From positions 736,001 through 800,000 of the forward strand of contig CAVPLM010000003.1 in assembly GCA_963706025.1 (NCBI GenBank): a DNA stretch of 64,000 nt, in the 5' to 3' direction. The notes beneath the pieces were generated by a model. The model did not search any database, had not been told where the DNA came from, and was given only the letters and a program-made list of their open reading frames with translations. Positions 1-10,436 of this stretch are shown here, in pieces. The DNA is from an uncultured Actinomycetes bacterium (GTDB lineage Bacteria > Actinomycetota > Thermoleophilia > RBG-16-64-13). Every line of letters starts with the position of its first letter. Positions within the stretch are counted from its first letter, which is position 1. Both the position numbers and the translations under genes were made by a program.

Positions 1-2
1 TC

Positions 3-398
3 ACCATCTTTACGAAGGGCCCGGTCATCAGGGCCCGCGAGGCCTCGCCGGACATGTACACCTCCATCGATCTGGTCTTCGCGAAGCTCGAGCGTCAAGT
101 GAAGAAGTACCGGGGTAAGCTTGTGGCCCGATCCCAAGGCGCGCACAGGGAGACGTTCGTTTCCGAGGGCTTCGAGGTCCCCGAGGGGACGGAGGAGCTC
201 GAAGAGGAAGCGACCTCGCCTCGGATCGTCAAGACCAAGCAGTTCATGATCAAGCCCATGGCTCCAGAAGAAGCCGCGCTTCAATTGGAGTTGGTAGGGC
301 ATGACTTCTACGTGTTCACCAACTCCGAGACCCAAGAAACGGCGGTGGTGTATCGTCGCCGGGACGGGAACTACGGGCTCATCGAAGCTCAGAGCTGA
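3..398 (+). CDS. hpf: Ribosome hibernation promoting factor, long form (5'-truncated by the window edge)
   Basis: Frame is open from base 3; DMYTSIDLV..KLERQ..KY and a C-terminal IVKTK.F..KPM..EEA..Q.ELVGHDFYVF...VVYRR.DGNYGLI domain; lies upstream of secA. Confidence 0.92.
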   Translation, partial: TIFTKGPVIRAREASPDMYTSIDLVFAKLERQVKKYRGKLVARSQGAHRETFVSEGFEVPEGTEELEEEATSPRIVKTKQFMIKPMAPEEAALQLELVGHDFYVFTNSETQETAVVYRRRDGNYGLIEAQS

Positions 399-520
399 CG
401 GCGTTTCTCGGCTGCCTCGACGTCGATCGGTCCTGTCATGGCCGGGCCGGGGCGTCGGTCGGCGAACCGGGATAGGAATAGGCCGATGTTTGGGTCAGTG
501 ACCTGGAAGAGGCGCAGTCG

Positions 521-3151
521 ATGATCAAGGTCGTTGATAAGGTCCTCCGCTTCGGTGAGGGCAAGAAGTTGAGGCTGCTGGAGGAGGCGGTCGCCCGAGT
601 CGCGGCTCTGGAGAGCGACATGGCCTCGCTCACCGGCGAAGCCCTGCGGGAGAAGACTACCGAGTTCAAGCGCCGTTTCGAGCAGGGTGAGACCCTCGAT
701 GATCTGATGCCGGAGGCGTTCGCGGTGGCGCGGGAAGCGGCGCATCGCGCCACCGGCATGCGCCCCTTCGACGTGCAGGTCATGGGAGCCGTGGTCCTGC
801 ATCAGGGCTCCATCGCCGAGATGAAGACCGGTGAAGGTAAGACCCTGGTCGCCACTCTACCCGTATACCTTAACGCCCTCGCCGGGCGGGGCGTCCATTT
901 GGTCACCGTCAACGACTATCTGGCCGGCCGCGACGCGGCCTGGATGGGCCCCGTGTATGAGTTCCTGGGTATGTCGGTGGCCGCCCTGCAGAACGGCATG
1001 GAAGCGGACGAACGGCGGGCCGCCTACCAGGCCGACATCACCTATGGCACCAACACCGAGTTCGGCTTCGACTATCTGCGCGACAACATGGTCCTGCGGA
1101 CCGACCAGCAGGTGCAACGCGGCCACTACTACTGCATCGTGGACGAGGTGGACTCCATCCTCGTCGATGAGGCGCGGACCCCGCTCATCATCTCGGGGCC
1201 AGGCGAACGGGCGGCCAAGACCTACTACGATTTCGCCCGCATCGCCCGCCGGCTCACGCCCGGCGAGGGTGAAGAGGGGGACTACGAGGTCGACGAGAAG
1301 AAGCGCACCGTGGCCATCACCGAGAAGGGGCTGGCCCGCGTCGAGCGGGAGCTGGGGATCGACAACATCTACGAGGATCTCTCCGGCCAACTCGTCAACC
1401 ACCTCATGCAGGCGCTGCGGGCGGCGGCCCTTTTCAGGCGCGATGTCGACTATCTGGTGCAGGACGGTGAGGTCAAGATCATTGACGAGTTCACCGGGCG
1501 GATCCTCGAAGGCCGCCGGTACTCCGAAGGCCTGCACCAGGCCATCGAGGCCCGCGAGGGCGTCAAGATCAAGGAAGAGAACCAGACCCTCGCCACCATC
1601 ACCCTGCAGAACTACTTCCGCCTGTACGAGAAGATCGCCGGCATGACCGGCACCGCCGCCACCGAGGCCGACGAGTTCCAAGAGATCTACAAGATGGAAG
1701 TGGTGGTCATCCCCACCAACGAGCCCATGATCCGAGATGATGGTAACGATCTCATCTACAAGACCGAGAAGGCTAAGTTCAAGGCGGCCGCCGATCTCAT
1801 CGCCGACTGCTACGAGCGCAAGCAGCCGGTTCTGGTGGGCACCATCTCGGTAGAGAAGTCGGAACGGCTCTCGGAGATGCTGAAGCGCCGGGGCATCCCT
1901 CACGAGGTCTTGAACGCCAAGCACCACGCCAAAGAGGCGGCGATCGTGGCTCAGGCCGGACAGCCAGGGTCCATCACCATAGCCACCAACATGGCCGGTA
2001 GGGGCACGGACATCAAGCTGGGCGATGGCGTCGTCGACGTGGGGGGACTGTTCGTTCTGGGTACCGAGCGGCACGAAGCCCGGAGGGTCGACAACCAGCT
2101 TCGGGGCCGTTCCGGCCGCCAGGGCGACCCCGGAGCGAGCCAGTTCATCATCTCTCTGGAAGACGACCTCTTGCGCATCTTCGGTGGAGAGCGCATCCAC
2201 CGCCTCATGGATCGCCTGGGGCTCGAGGAGGACATCCCCATCGAGCACAGTCTGATCTCCCGGTCGGTGGAGAGCGCTCAGAAGAAAGTGGAAGAGCAGA
2301 ACTTCCAGATCCGGAAACGGGTGCTCGAGTACGACGACGTGATGAACAAGCAGCGCGAGGTCATCTACGGGCAGCGCCAGCGCATCCTCGGCGGCGACGA
2401 CCTGCGTGAAGACGTGCTCAGCATCATCGAGCGCATCCTGCGAGAGCAAGTGGCCATCTTCACCGGATCTTCGCGCTTCTCTGAGGAATGGGACCTGGAA
2501 GAGATGCTCACCATGCTGCGCACCTACTTCCCCACGACGATCACCGTCGAGAGTCTGGGCGATCCGTCGGAGATCGACGCCGAGAGTCTCGCGGATCTCG
2601 TGGTGGAGGACGCGCTCGAGGTGTATCAGGCGAGAGAGCAGCGCTTCGGGGCGGCGACCATGCGCGAGCTGGAGAGCTGGGTGCTCCTGCGCACCATCGA
2701 TTCCAAGTGGCGAGACCATCTGTACGAGATGGACTATCTGCGGGAGGGCATCGGACTCCGGGCCCTTGCTCAGCGCGATCCCCTGGTGGAGTACAAGAAC
2801 GAGGGCTTTCGGATGTTCCAGGAGATGATGGACTCCATCCAGTCCGATTTCGTCCGCTATCTCTATCACCTGGAGATCGTCCGCGAGGAGCAGCCTCAGG
2901 AGGCGGCGCCCGCCCGGCAACTGGCCTACTCGGGGGGCGGCGACAGCAGCCTGAGCCAGAACTTCGCCGCGGCCGGAGCGGCGGCGGCTGCTCGACCAGA
3001 GCGGATGACGGACAGCTCGGCCGAGGCGTATGAGGCCGCCCAGCAGGCCACCCGGACCGTCGTTGCTCCGCGAAGCGTCAGCAAAGTGGGCCGAAACGAT
3101 CCCTGCCCTTGCGGAAGCGGCAAGAAATACAAGAAGTGCTGCGGCGTTTGA
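521..3151 (+). CDS. secA: Preprotein translocase ATPase SecA
   Basis: MKTGEGKT Walker A, DEVDSIL, ATNMAGRGTDIKL, RGRSGRQGDPG, C-terminal GRNDPCPCGSGKKYKKCC. Confidence 0.99.
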   Translation: MIKVVDKVLRFGEGKKLRLLEEAVARVAALESDMASLTGEALREKTTEFKRRFEQGETLDDLMPEAFAVAREAAHRATGMRPFDVQVMGAVVLHQGSIAEMKTGEGKTLVATLPVYLNALAGRGVHLVTVNDYLAGRDAAWMGPVYEFLGMSVAALQNGMEADERRAAYQADITYGTNTEFGFDYLRDNMVLRTDQQVQRGHYYCIVDEVDSILVDEARTPLIISGPGERAAKTYYDFARIARRLTPGEGEEGDYEVDEKKRTVAITEKGLARVERELGIDNIYEDLSGQLVNHLMQALRAAALFRRDVDYLVQDGEVKIIDEFTGRILEGRRYSEGLHQAIEAREGVKIKEENQTLATITLQNYFRLYEKIAGMTGTAATEADEFQEIYKMEVVVIPTNEPMIRDDGNDLIYKTEKAKFKAAADLIADCYERKQPVLVGTISVEKSERLSEMLKRRGIPHEVLNAKHHAKEAAIVAQAGQPGSITIATNMAGRGTDIKLGDGVVDVGGLFVLGTERHEARRVDNQLRGRSGRQGDPGASQFIISLEDDLLRIFGGERIHRLMDRLGLEEDIPIEHSLISRSVESAQKKVEEQNFQIRKRVLEYDDVMNKQREVIYGQRQRILGGDDLREDVLSIIERILREQVAIFTGSSRFSEEWDLEEMLTMLRTYFPTTITVESLGDPSEIDAESLADLVVEDALEVYQAREQRFGAATMRELESWVLLRTIDSKWRDHLYEMDYLREGIGLRALAQRDPLVEYKNEGFRMFQEMMDSIQSDFVRYLYHLEIVREEQPQEAAPARQLAYSGGGDSSLSQNFAAAGAAAAARPERMTDSSAEAYEAAQQATRTVVAPRSVSKVGRNDPCPCGSGKKYKKCCGV

Positions 3152-3234
3152 TCCGCCGCCCGGCATCCGCCCGGGCCGGCGCCGTCCCGGCAAGCGGGAC
3201 ATGTCGGGCGGGCTAGGCTATACTGCCCCGAAAG

Positions 3235-4402
3235 ATGGCTGAGAAGATAGAGAGACAGACTGCGTCCCTTGCCGAGTACCGAGAGCTTCTGGCGGTTTTC
3301 CGCCAGAAGCTCCTCTGGGCAAGGGACTATCTTTGACCCGGATACGCTGAAGCGCGATATCGCCGCCCTTGAGGAGGCGATGCGCGCCCCCGACTTCTGG
3401 GACGATCAGGGCCACGCCCAGGCTCTGAGCACGCGCTACAGCCGGCTGCGCAGCCGCTTGGAGGACTTCGAGCAGCTCGCCTCCCAGGTGGACGACCTGG
3501 AGACACTCCTGGACATGGCCGGTGAAGAGGGTCCCGGCGACGAGGTGCCCGAGGAACTCGAGGACGAGACCGAACGGGTCGCGACCGCGATCGGTCGGAC
3601 GGTGGAGCACCTGGAGGAACAGCGCCTCTTCATGGGGGAGTTCGACGCAGGCGACGCCATCGTGAGCATCCACCCTGGAGCGGGAGGTACCGAAAGCCAA
3701 GATTGGGCGGAGATGCTCCTGCGCATGTACCTGCGCTGGGCCCAGGCGCGGGGCTTCGCGGTCGAGTTGAACGAGGCCTCCGAGGGTGACGAAGCCGGTC
3801 TCAAGAGCGCTACCTTCACCGTGCACGGCGAGAACGCCTACGGGCTGCTCTCCGCGGAACGAGGAGTACACCGCCTGGTGCGGATGTCGCCCTTCGATGC
3901 GGCCAGCCGGCGGCATACTTCCTTTGCCTCGGTGGACGTCGCTCCGCTCATCGACGGCGAGGTGGAAGTGGACATCGATGAGAAGGACCTGCGGGTGGAG
4001 ACCTACCGCTCTTCGGGTGCGGGAGGTCAGCACGTCAACAAGACCGACTCGGCGGTGAGGATCACCCATGTCCCCACCAAGACGGTCGTCCAGTGCCAGA
4101 ACGAGCGCTCTCAGATCCAGAACCGGGAGACCGCCATGCGCATGCTGCGCGGCAAGCTGCTCCTGCTCGAGCACGAGAAACGCGAGCAGGAAATGGCCCG
4201 GGAGAAAGGGGAGCAGAAAGAGATAGCCTGGGGTAGCCAGATCCGCTCATATGTGCTTGCCCCGTACACCTTGGCGAAGGATCATCGCACCAACCTGGAA
4301 AAGGGCAATGTGGACGCCGTTCTCAATGGTGCGATAGACGATTTCATACGCGAGTTCCTTTGGCAGAGGTCCACTGGGAAACTCGGGAAACCGACGGCGT
4401 GA
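3235..4402 (+). CDS. prfB: Peptide chain release factor 2, expressed via programmed +1 frameshift
   Basis: ATG 3235 runs to CTT-TGA at 3331-3336; the +1 frame carries GAGGTESQDWAEML, the SPF motif and GGQ (GAGGQHVNKT). Confidence 0.97.
3322..3337 (+). promoter_or_regulatory. prfB programmed frameshift signal
   Basis: AGGGACTATCTTTGAC = internal SD-like element plus CTT TGA C slippery stop. Confidence 0.93.
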
Positions 4403-4542
4403 CGGAGCGTCTCATAGCTCACGAGGCCGATTTGATGATCGAACTGCTGCCGTCCGGTTCGGCAGGTGCAGGTACGGGAGGCTTTTGTGGAGCATTGCAG
4501 AATACCCACAAGATGCCCACTAACGGAGGTTGAAGGTATCAC

Positions 4543-5226
4543 GTGATCAAGTTCGAAGACGTCACCAAGATCTACCCCCCCAGTACCATCGGTCTGGAGA
4601 AGGTCAGTCTCCATATCGAGAAGGGGGAGTTCGTCTTTCTCGTGGGGCCCTCCGGCTCCGGTAAGTCCACTTTCATCCGCCTGCTCATCCGCGAACTGGA
4701 GCCCGACCGGGGCCGGGTCTCGGTAGGGGGTCGCGACCTGGCCACCCTCCACAGATGGAAGGTCCCGTACCTGAGGCGCAACATCGGCTGCGTGTTTCAA
4801 GATTTCAAGCTGCTTCCGAACAAGACGGCTTTTGACAACATCATGTACGCCCTGGTGGTCACGGGCAGTGCCTGCGGCGCCTCCAAGAAGAAGGCGGCTG
4901 AGATCCTGTCTCTGGTCGGCCTGGGTCACAAGTCCGGCAGTTATCCCAACGAGCTTTCGGGCGGGGAGCAGCAGCGGGTGTCGATAGCCCGGGCGTTCGT
5001 CAATCATCCGCCGTTGCTCATCGCGGACGAACCTACCGGCAACCTCGATCCCGACACCTCGATGGGGATCATGCAGTTGCTGTACCGCATCAACAAGACC
5101 GGCACCACCGTACTCATGGCCACGCACGACCGGGAGATGGTGGACCGCATGCGCCGCCGGGTGGTGGCGCTCGACGCGGGTAGAGTGGTGCGCGATCAGA
5201 AACGAGGCGGCTATGGGGAGGATTAG
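4543..5226 (+). CDS. ftsE: Cell division ATP-binding protein FtsE
   Basis: GPSGSGKST, YLRRNIGCVFQDFKLL, LSGGEQQRV, ADEPTGNLD; overlaps ftsX. Confidence 0.96.
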   Translation: MIKFEDVTKIYPPSTIGLEKVSLHIEKGEFVFLVGPSGSGKSTFIRLLIRELEPDRGRVSVGGRDLATLHRWKVPYLRRNIGCVFQDFKLLPNKTAFDNIMYALVVTGSACGASKKKAAEILSLVGLGHKSGSYPNELSGGEQQRVSIARAFVNHPPLLIADEPTGNLDPDTSMGIMQLLYRINKTGTTVLMATHDREMVDRMRRRVVALDAGRVVRDQKRGGYGED

Positions 5227-6097
5227 CTTCTTCTTCAAGGAGGCCTTCGGGTCCCTACGACGCAACTACTTCATGACCATCGCCGCCTTGGTGACGGTCT
5301 TCCTTTCGATCGTGGTGCTGGGCGGGGTGCTGGTGTTCGTCTACACCACCGATGCCCTGCTGAAGGAAGTGGAGGAGAAGGTTGAGATCACGGTCTACCT
5401 GTTGACCGATCCCGACCCCGATGCGACCGCGGTCGAGGCCATGACCTCCGAGATCATGAGTTGGTCGGAGGTCAAGAGCGTGGTCTACGTGAGCAAAGTC
5501 GACGCCCTCGAGCGGCTCAAGGAGGATTTCAAGGACAATCCCGAGATCCTCGAGAATCTCAGAAGTAACCCCCTTCCGGCCTCGTTCGAGATCGCTCTTG
5601 TGGATCCGCAGGCGGTCGACACCGTGGCGGCGCGCTTCGAAGGCGATCCCATCGTCGACGAGGTCCGGTACGGCAAGGAGATTGCCGACAAGCTCTTCGC
5701 CTTCACCTCTCAGGCGCGCAACTTCATGCTCATCTTCATCGTGCTCCTGGGGATCGTGGCCATCCTTCTCATCTCCAACACCATCCGTCTTTCGATCTTC
5801 GCCCGCAAGCGTGAAGTGGAGATCATGAAGCTGGTGGGGGCCACCAACTGGTTCATCCGCTGGCCGTTCGTGATCGAGGGGGTGACGGTGGGCTTCCTGG
5901 GAGCGGCAGTCGCGGCGGCGGTGGTCCTGGCTCTCAACGCATACCTCGTGGACAGGATACGAGGCAGCCTGCCCTTCATGGCCGTTCCCCTCGACGCCGT
6001 CCCGTACGTCTTGGTCATCGTCATCCTGCTTGCGGTGGGGGTCGTGATCGGGGCAGCCGGCTCGGGGATCGGGCTCCGGCGCTTCCTCAAAGTCTGA
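5213..6097 (+). CDS. ftsX: Cell division permease FtsX
   Basis: 4-TM layout, NPLPASF, ISNTIRLSIFARKREVEIMKLVGATNWFIRWPF. Confidence 0.96.
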   Translation: MGRISFFFKEAFGSLRRNYFMTIAALVTVFLSIVVLGGVLVFVYTTDALLKEVEEKVEITVYLLTDPDPDATAVEAMTSEIMSWSEVKSVVYVSKVDALERLKEDFKDNPEILENLRSNPLPASFEIALVDPQAVDTVAARFEGDPIVDEVRYGKEIADKLFAFTSQARNFMLIFIVLLGIVAILLISNTIRLSIFARKREVEIMKLVGATNWFIRWPFVIEGVTVGFLGAAVAAAVVLALNAYLVDRIRGSLPFMAVPLDAVPYVLVIVILLAVGVVIGAAGSGIGLRRFLKV

Positions 6098-6147
6098 GCC
6101 GGCCTTCGCCGATCTTGTTGCGACCCTAGAGCAAAGAGAGACAAAAC

Positions 6148-7473
6148 ATGTCAAAGAGCGCCAAGATAGTACTGTTGGCGGTGGCCGGTCTGGTGGCCGC
6201 CATCCTGCTGGTCTCAGGGGGGATCCTCGTGGGGCTCAACCCCGATGTCCGCGGGGCGCTCTACGACATTCTGCCCGGCGGCTTTTTCGGGTCCGCCGGC
6301 TCGAGTGAGAACTTCGAACTGCAGCAGGAGGTGCTCGAGAGGCTCGAGTCCTCTTTCTACAAAACCGTTGATGCAGGGGCGCTCGAGCCCGGGGCCATCG
6401 ATGGCATGGTGGCAGGTCTGGACGATCCGTACACGGTCTACATGGATCCCGAGGAGTACGCCGCTTTCCAGGAGCACACTTCGGGGTCCTACAGCGGTGT
6501 AGGGATGACGGTGGAGATGAAGGACGGTCTCGTCACCATAGTCTCTACGTTCAAGGGCAGCCCCGCCGAGGAAGCCGGCATCGCGCCGGGGGACATCATC
6601 CTGGCCGTCGACGGAGTCTCGACCGAGGGCCAGAATCTCGACGAAGTGGTGGCCGGGATCAAAGGTCCAGAGGGCACGACCGTCAACTTGACCATCTATC
6701 ACCCGCCGGTCTCCACGACGACCACGGTTGCCGGGACGGACGGCGGCGGTGGCGAAGAGGATACCGCGGGCTCCACTGAGGACTCCACGGCCGACGTGTC
6801 CCAGATCCCCCCCGGAGGGGAGACCCAGGAATACACCCTCACCCGCATGAGCATCGAGGTGCCGGTGGTGGAGAGCGAGATGCTGGATGTCGAGGGCGAG
6901 AAGGTGGCGCTGATCAGCTTCTACACCTTCTCCGACGGGTCGGCGGCTCAACTCCGGGGCGAGGTGGAGCGAGCGCTGCAGGGTGAAGGCGTGGCTGCGA
7001 TCATCCTCGACCTGCGCAGCAACGGCGGCGGGTTGCTCGACGAATCGGTGGAGGTGGCCAGCATCTTCATCTCGGAAGGAGTGATAGTCTCGACGGAAGG
7101 GCTGCATTCGCCGGAACAGGTCTACTATGCCGAGGGGGTAGCCTACACGGACATCCCTCTGATCGTGCTGGTGGACGAGTACACCGCCAGCGCCTCGGAG
7201 ATCGTGTCCGGGGCCCTGCAGGATCACGAGCGGGCTTCCCTGGTGGGCGAGACCACTTTCGGCAAAGGCCTGGTGCAGAGCATCTCGGCGCTCAGCAACG
7301 GGGGAGCCTTGAAAGTGACCACGGCGGTCTATCTGACACCGGACGGCCGGGACATCAACGATACCGGCATCATCCCGGACGTAGTCGCTCCCGACGATCC
7401 TGAGACCCCGGTCGACGAGGGAGTCGAGGCCGCCAAGCAGTTGATCACCGGTACCACTACCGCCACGCCCTGA
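6148..7473 (+). CDS. S41 family C-terminal processing peptidase (CtpA/Prc-like) with PDZ domain
   Basis: N-terminal TM, LDDPYT, GVGM PDZ, DLRSNGGG, TASASEI, TFGKG. Confidence 0.93.
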   Translation: MSKSAKIVLLAVAGLVAAILLVSGGILVGLNPDVRGALYDILPGGFFGSAGSSENFELQQEVLERLESSFYKTVDAGALEPGAIDGMVAGLDDPYTVYMDPEEYAAFQEHTSGSYSGVGMTVEMKDGLVTIVSTFKGSPAEEAGIAPGDIILAVDGVSTEGQNLDEVVAGIKGPEGTTVNLTIYHPPVSTTTTVAGTDGGGGEEDTAGSTEDSTADVSQIPPGGETQEYTLTRMSIEVPVVESEMLDVEGEKVALISFYTFSDGSAAQLRGEVERALQGEGVAAIILDLRSNGGGLLDESVEVASIFISEGVIVSTEGLHSPEQVYYAEGVAYTDIPLIVLVDEYTASASEIVSGALQDHERASLVGETTFGKGLVQSISALSNGGALKVTTAVYLTPDGRDINDTGIIPDVVAPDDPETPVDEGVEAAKQLITGTTTATP

Positions 7474-7485
7474 GCCCGGTCCAAG

Positions 7486-8514
7486 GTGGGGGGCTCGCGC
7501 GGGAAACGACGAAGCGCGGGGGATCCGCCTCCCTCCGTCGGTGGGCGGGTCGGGGGGCCATGCGGCGGATCGTCTGAAGGGCCCTTCGAGGCGCGGTCCG
7601 GCTATCTTCCCCGCTTCTTCGTAGACCCGGAGCTTTCATCAGCCCCATTCTCCTCGTCGCCGGTCCCGCGGACGGACCGGTTGGGGAACGAGCTGGTGCT
7701 CGATCCCGACGATTCGCGCCATGCGCTTCGGGTACTGCGGCTGGGGGTGGGCGACGCATGCGAGGTGGTGGTGACGCCCGCCGACCGCGGGTCGGGCCCG
7801 ACTGAGGGTCGCGGAGCCCCGGCCGGGGAGCGCGGGGGCGTGGCTGAGGGGCCCGAGGGCACGGCCTACCTGGCCACTGTGACCCAGGTGACCGGCGAGG
7901 TGCGGGTCGAGTTGTTGGCTCGACTGGAGGGAAGACAGGCAGGGGCACGTTACGCGACTACCGTGGGCATAGTGCAGGCCCTGACCCGTCCGACGGTAAC
8001 AGACTACCTTCTGGAGAAGGGGACGGAGGTGGGGGCCAGCTTCTTCTTCCTCGTGCCGGTCGCCGGATCGACTCTCCGGTCCGGGTCCTTGCAGGGCGCG
8101 CGGCTGACTCGATGGCGCCGGATCGCCCGAGAGGCGGCCAAACAGAGCAAGCAGCTCGCGGTGCCGCCCGTCGAGGCGCTGGGTTCCATCGAAGAAGCAC
8201 TTGACCGTCTGGGCCCGGGAACGTTGTCGCTGGTCCTAGAGCCGGGGGCTTCCGGCGGCCTGTACGACGCAGTGGCTACGGCGTGGGCGCGGGAAGGTCC
8301 GGCTGAAGGCGCGCGGGCGGCGCAGCGGCCCCCCGGGCGGCCCGCGCGCCTCGTCCTCTGGGTGGGTCCGGAAAGCGGTTGGACCGCGGAGGAATTGGAG
8401 CAGTTGACGGCGGCGGGCGCGGATACGGTTAGACTGGGGCAGAGCGTGCTGCGCGCCGAGACTGCGGGACCGGTGGCGGTGGCCGTGGCCCGGCTTGCGC
8501 TGGGGGATTGGTAG
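7486..8514 (+). CDS. rsmE: 16S rRNA m3U1498 methyltransferase RsmE (start uncertain, probably downstream of 7486)
   Basis: H..RVLRL, EKGTEVG, EAAKQS, VGPESGW, LG..VLRAETA. Confidence 0.88.
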   Translation: MGGSRGKRRSAGDPPPSVGGRVGGPCGGSSEGPFEARSGYLPRFFVDPELSSAPFSSSPVPRTDRLGNELVLDPDDSRHALRVLRLGVGDACEVVVTPADRGSGPTEGRGAPAGERGGVAEGPEGTAYLATVTQVTGEVRVELLARLEGRQAGARYATTVGIVQALTRPTVTDYLLEKGTEVGASFFFLVPVAGSTLRSGSLQGARLTRWRRIAREAAKQSKQLAVPPVEALGSIEEALDRLGPGTLSLVLEPGASGGLYDAVATAWAREGPAEGARAAQRPPGRPARLVLWVGPESGWTAEELEQLTAAGADTVRLGQSVLRAETAGPVAVAVARLALGDW

Positions 8515-8528
8515 TATAATCACCGGTC

Positions 8529-8870
8529 ATGGATGATTGCCTGTTCTGTCGGATCGCGAGCGGGGAAATACCAAGCGACAGAGTCCTCGAGGACGATACC
8601 TTCGTCGCTTTTCGCGACATAAATCCAAAGGCCTCTCAGCACGTACTGATCGTACCGCGAGAGCACATCGTTTCGCTCAACGATGTAGGTCGATGGGAGA
8701 ACTGCGAGGGGGATGCACTTCTCCAGTTCATCGTGCGCGTGGCCGACCATCTTGGGATCGGCGAGACCGGCTACCGGGCGTTGGCGAATGTCGGCCCCGA
8801 CGGTGGGCAAGAAGTACAGCACCTGCACTTCCACATCCTCGGCGGGGAAGATCTGGGTGATTTCCGATGA
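8529..8870 (+). CDS. Histidine triad (HIT/HinT) nucleotide-binding protein
   Basis: DCLFCRI, AFRDINP, GQEVQHLHFHILGG. Confidence 0.95.
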   Translation: MDDCLFCRIASGEIPSDRVLEDDTFVAFRDINPKASQHVLIVPREHIVSLNDVGRWENCEGDALLQFIVRVADHLGIGETGYRALANVGPDGGQEVQHLHFHILGGEDLGDFR

Positions 8871-9313
8871 GCATCTTGTCGGGTCTCCAAGAGTCGGTCA
8901 ACGCGGCCCTGAAAGCCGGGGACAAGGAGCGCGTGGGCGTTCTTCGCATGATCGTTTGCGAGTTGCAGAAGGAAGCCAAGCAGGCCGGTCACGAGCTGGA
9001 TGAAGCCGCCGAACTCCTGGTGCTGAGGCGCGAACTCAAGCGCCGGCAGGAGTCGATCGAGGCCTTCCGGGCCGGAGGGCGCGAAGATCTCGTGGCCCAC
9101 GAGGAATTCGCCTTGCACATCATCGAAGGATTGCTGCCCGAACAGTTGGATGAGGCCGAACTGACCGCCCTGATCGATCAAGCCATCGCGGACACCGGTG
9201 CGACCTCCGCGCGGGATATGGGCAAGGTGATGGCCGCGGTCATGGCCCAGGGTGGAGTCAGGGTCGACGGCAAAGTGGCATCGCGTCTGGTCAAAGAGCG
9301 TCTATCCGCGTGA
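8867..9313 (+). CDS. GatB/YqeY domain protein
   Basis: ALKAGDKER, KRRQESIEAF..GGREDL, LPEQL, DMGKVM. Confidence 0.92.
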   Translation: MSILSGLQESVNAALKAGDKERVGVLRMIVCELQKEAKQAGHELDEAAELLVLRRELKRRQESIEAFRAGGREDLVAHEEFALHIIEGLLPEQLDEAELTALIDQAIADTGATSARDMGKVMAAVMAQGGVRVDGKVASRLVKERLSA

Positions 9314-9369
9314 AACGGGTTCGGGGGGCCTCTGTGGGGTTCACGGACGGTCATGGGGGGAGTAGCGGC

Positions 9370-10419
9370 TTGAGTGCTGAAGGCTCCACCAAGCAGATCG
9401 ACCTCGACAATCGCGCGGCGGCGTTGCTCGTCGGGGAGCACGACACCTACCTTCGCACTCTCGAGGACCTGTTGCAGTGTGACATCAGCCTGCGCGGGAA
9501 CCAACTCACTCTCGAGGGCGAGGCCGCGGAGGTGGAGCGTGGGGGGTTGCTGGTCGAGGAGCTTCTGGCGCTGCTCCGCTCGGGCCAGGAGCTCGATCTG
9601 TCCACCCTCGAACTCGCAGCTTCGCTGAGCGCAGGCGATCCTGGCTGGGCCAAGGATCTGGACAGTATCGTCAGCGACGTCATCCTCGAGCACCGAGGGC
9701 GCCGTATCCGGCCCAAGACCGTCAACCAGAAGACCTATGTCGATGCCATACGCAACAACACCATCACGTTCGGCATCGGACCGGCCGGCACCGGCAAGAC
9801 CTATCTGGCCATGGCCATGGCCACCTCGGCGCTACTGTCCGGTGCCGTGGCCCGCATCATCCTCACCCGACCTGCTGTGGAGGCAGGGGAGAAGCTCGGT
9901 TTCCTTCCCGGCGGCCTCATGGAGAAGGTGGATCCTTATCTGCGTCCCCTCTTCGACGCCCTCTACGACATGATGGACACGGACCGGCTGACCGATCATC
10001 TTCAACGAGGTACGATCGAGGTGGCTCCGCTTGCATACATGCGGGGCCGCACTCTGAACGACTCCCTGATCATCCTCGACGAGGCCCAGAACACCAGTCC
10101 GGAGCAGATGAAGATGTTCCTGACCCGCCTGGGTTTCGGGGCCAAGATGGTGGTCACCGGTGACATCACCCAGATCGATCTGCCTCGAGGTCAACACTCC
10201 GGCCTGGTCAACGTGCGCGAGGTGCTGGCCGGCATTCCGGATATCGCCTTCGTGTACTTCGACAGTCAGGATGTGGTGCGGCACAAGCTCGTGCAGGACA
10301 TCGTGTCGGCGTACAAGAAACACGGCGAGGAACACCAGCCGGCCCGCAAAGCGACATCCCGCGGGGCGGAGAACCGACGTCATGGCGGCCGGAGGAGCGG
10401 CGCCGCGGCCGGTTCATAG
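9370..10419 (+). CDS. phoH: PhoH family ATPase (ORF opens at 9310; likely TTG start at 9370)
   Basis: GPAGTGKT, RPAVEAGEKLGFLPG, AYMRGRTL, DEAQN, GDITQIDL. Confidence 0.95.
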   Translation: MSAEGSTKQIDLDNRAAALLVGEHDTYLRTLEDLLQCDISLRGNQLTLEGEAAEVERGGLLVEELLALLRSGQELDLSTLELAASLSAGDPGWAKDLDSIVSDVILEHRGRRIRPKTVNQKTYVDAIRNNTITFGIGPAGTGKTYLAMAMATSALLSGAVARIILTRPAVEAGEKLGFLPGGLMEKVDPYLRPLFDALYDMMDTDRLTDHLQRGTIEVAPLAYMRGRTLNDSLIILDEAQNTSPEQMKMFLTRLGFGAKMVVTGDITQIDLPRGQHSGLVNVREVLAGIPDIAFVYFDSQDVVRHKLVQDIVSAYKKHGEEHQPARKATSRGAENRRHGGRRSGAAAGS

Positions 10420-10436
10420 ACGCCGCCACACATCCC

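Noticed and set aside
857-3202. Long antisense ORFs (e.g. 857-3202, 40950-42395, 32456-33784, 56409-57473)
   Set aside because: Shadows of GC-rich codon usage opposite well-supported genes; no recognisable motifs
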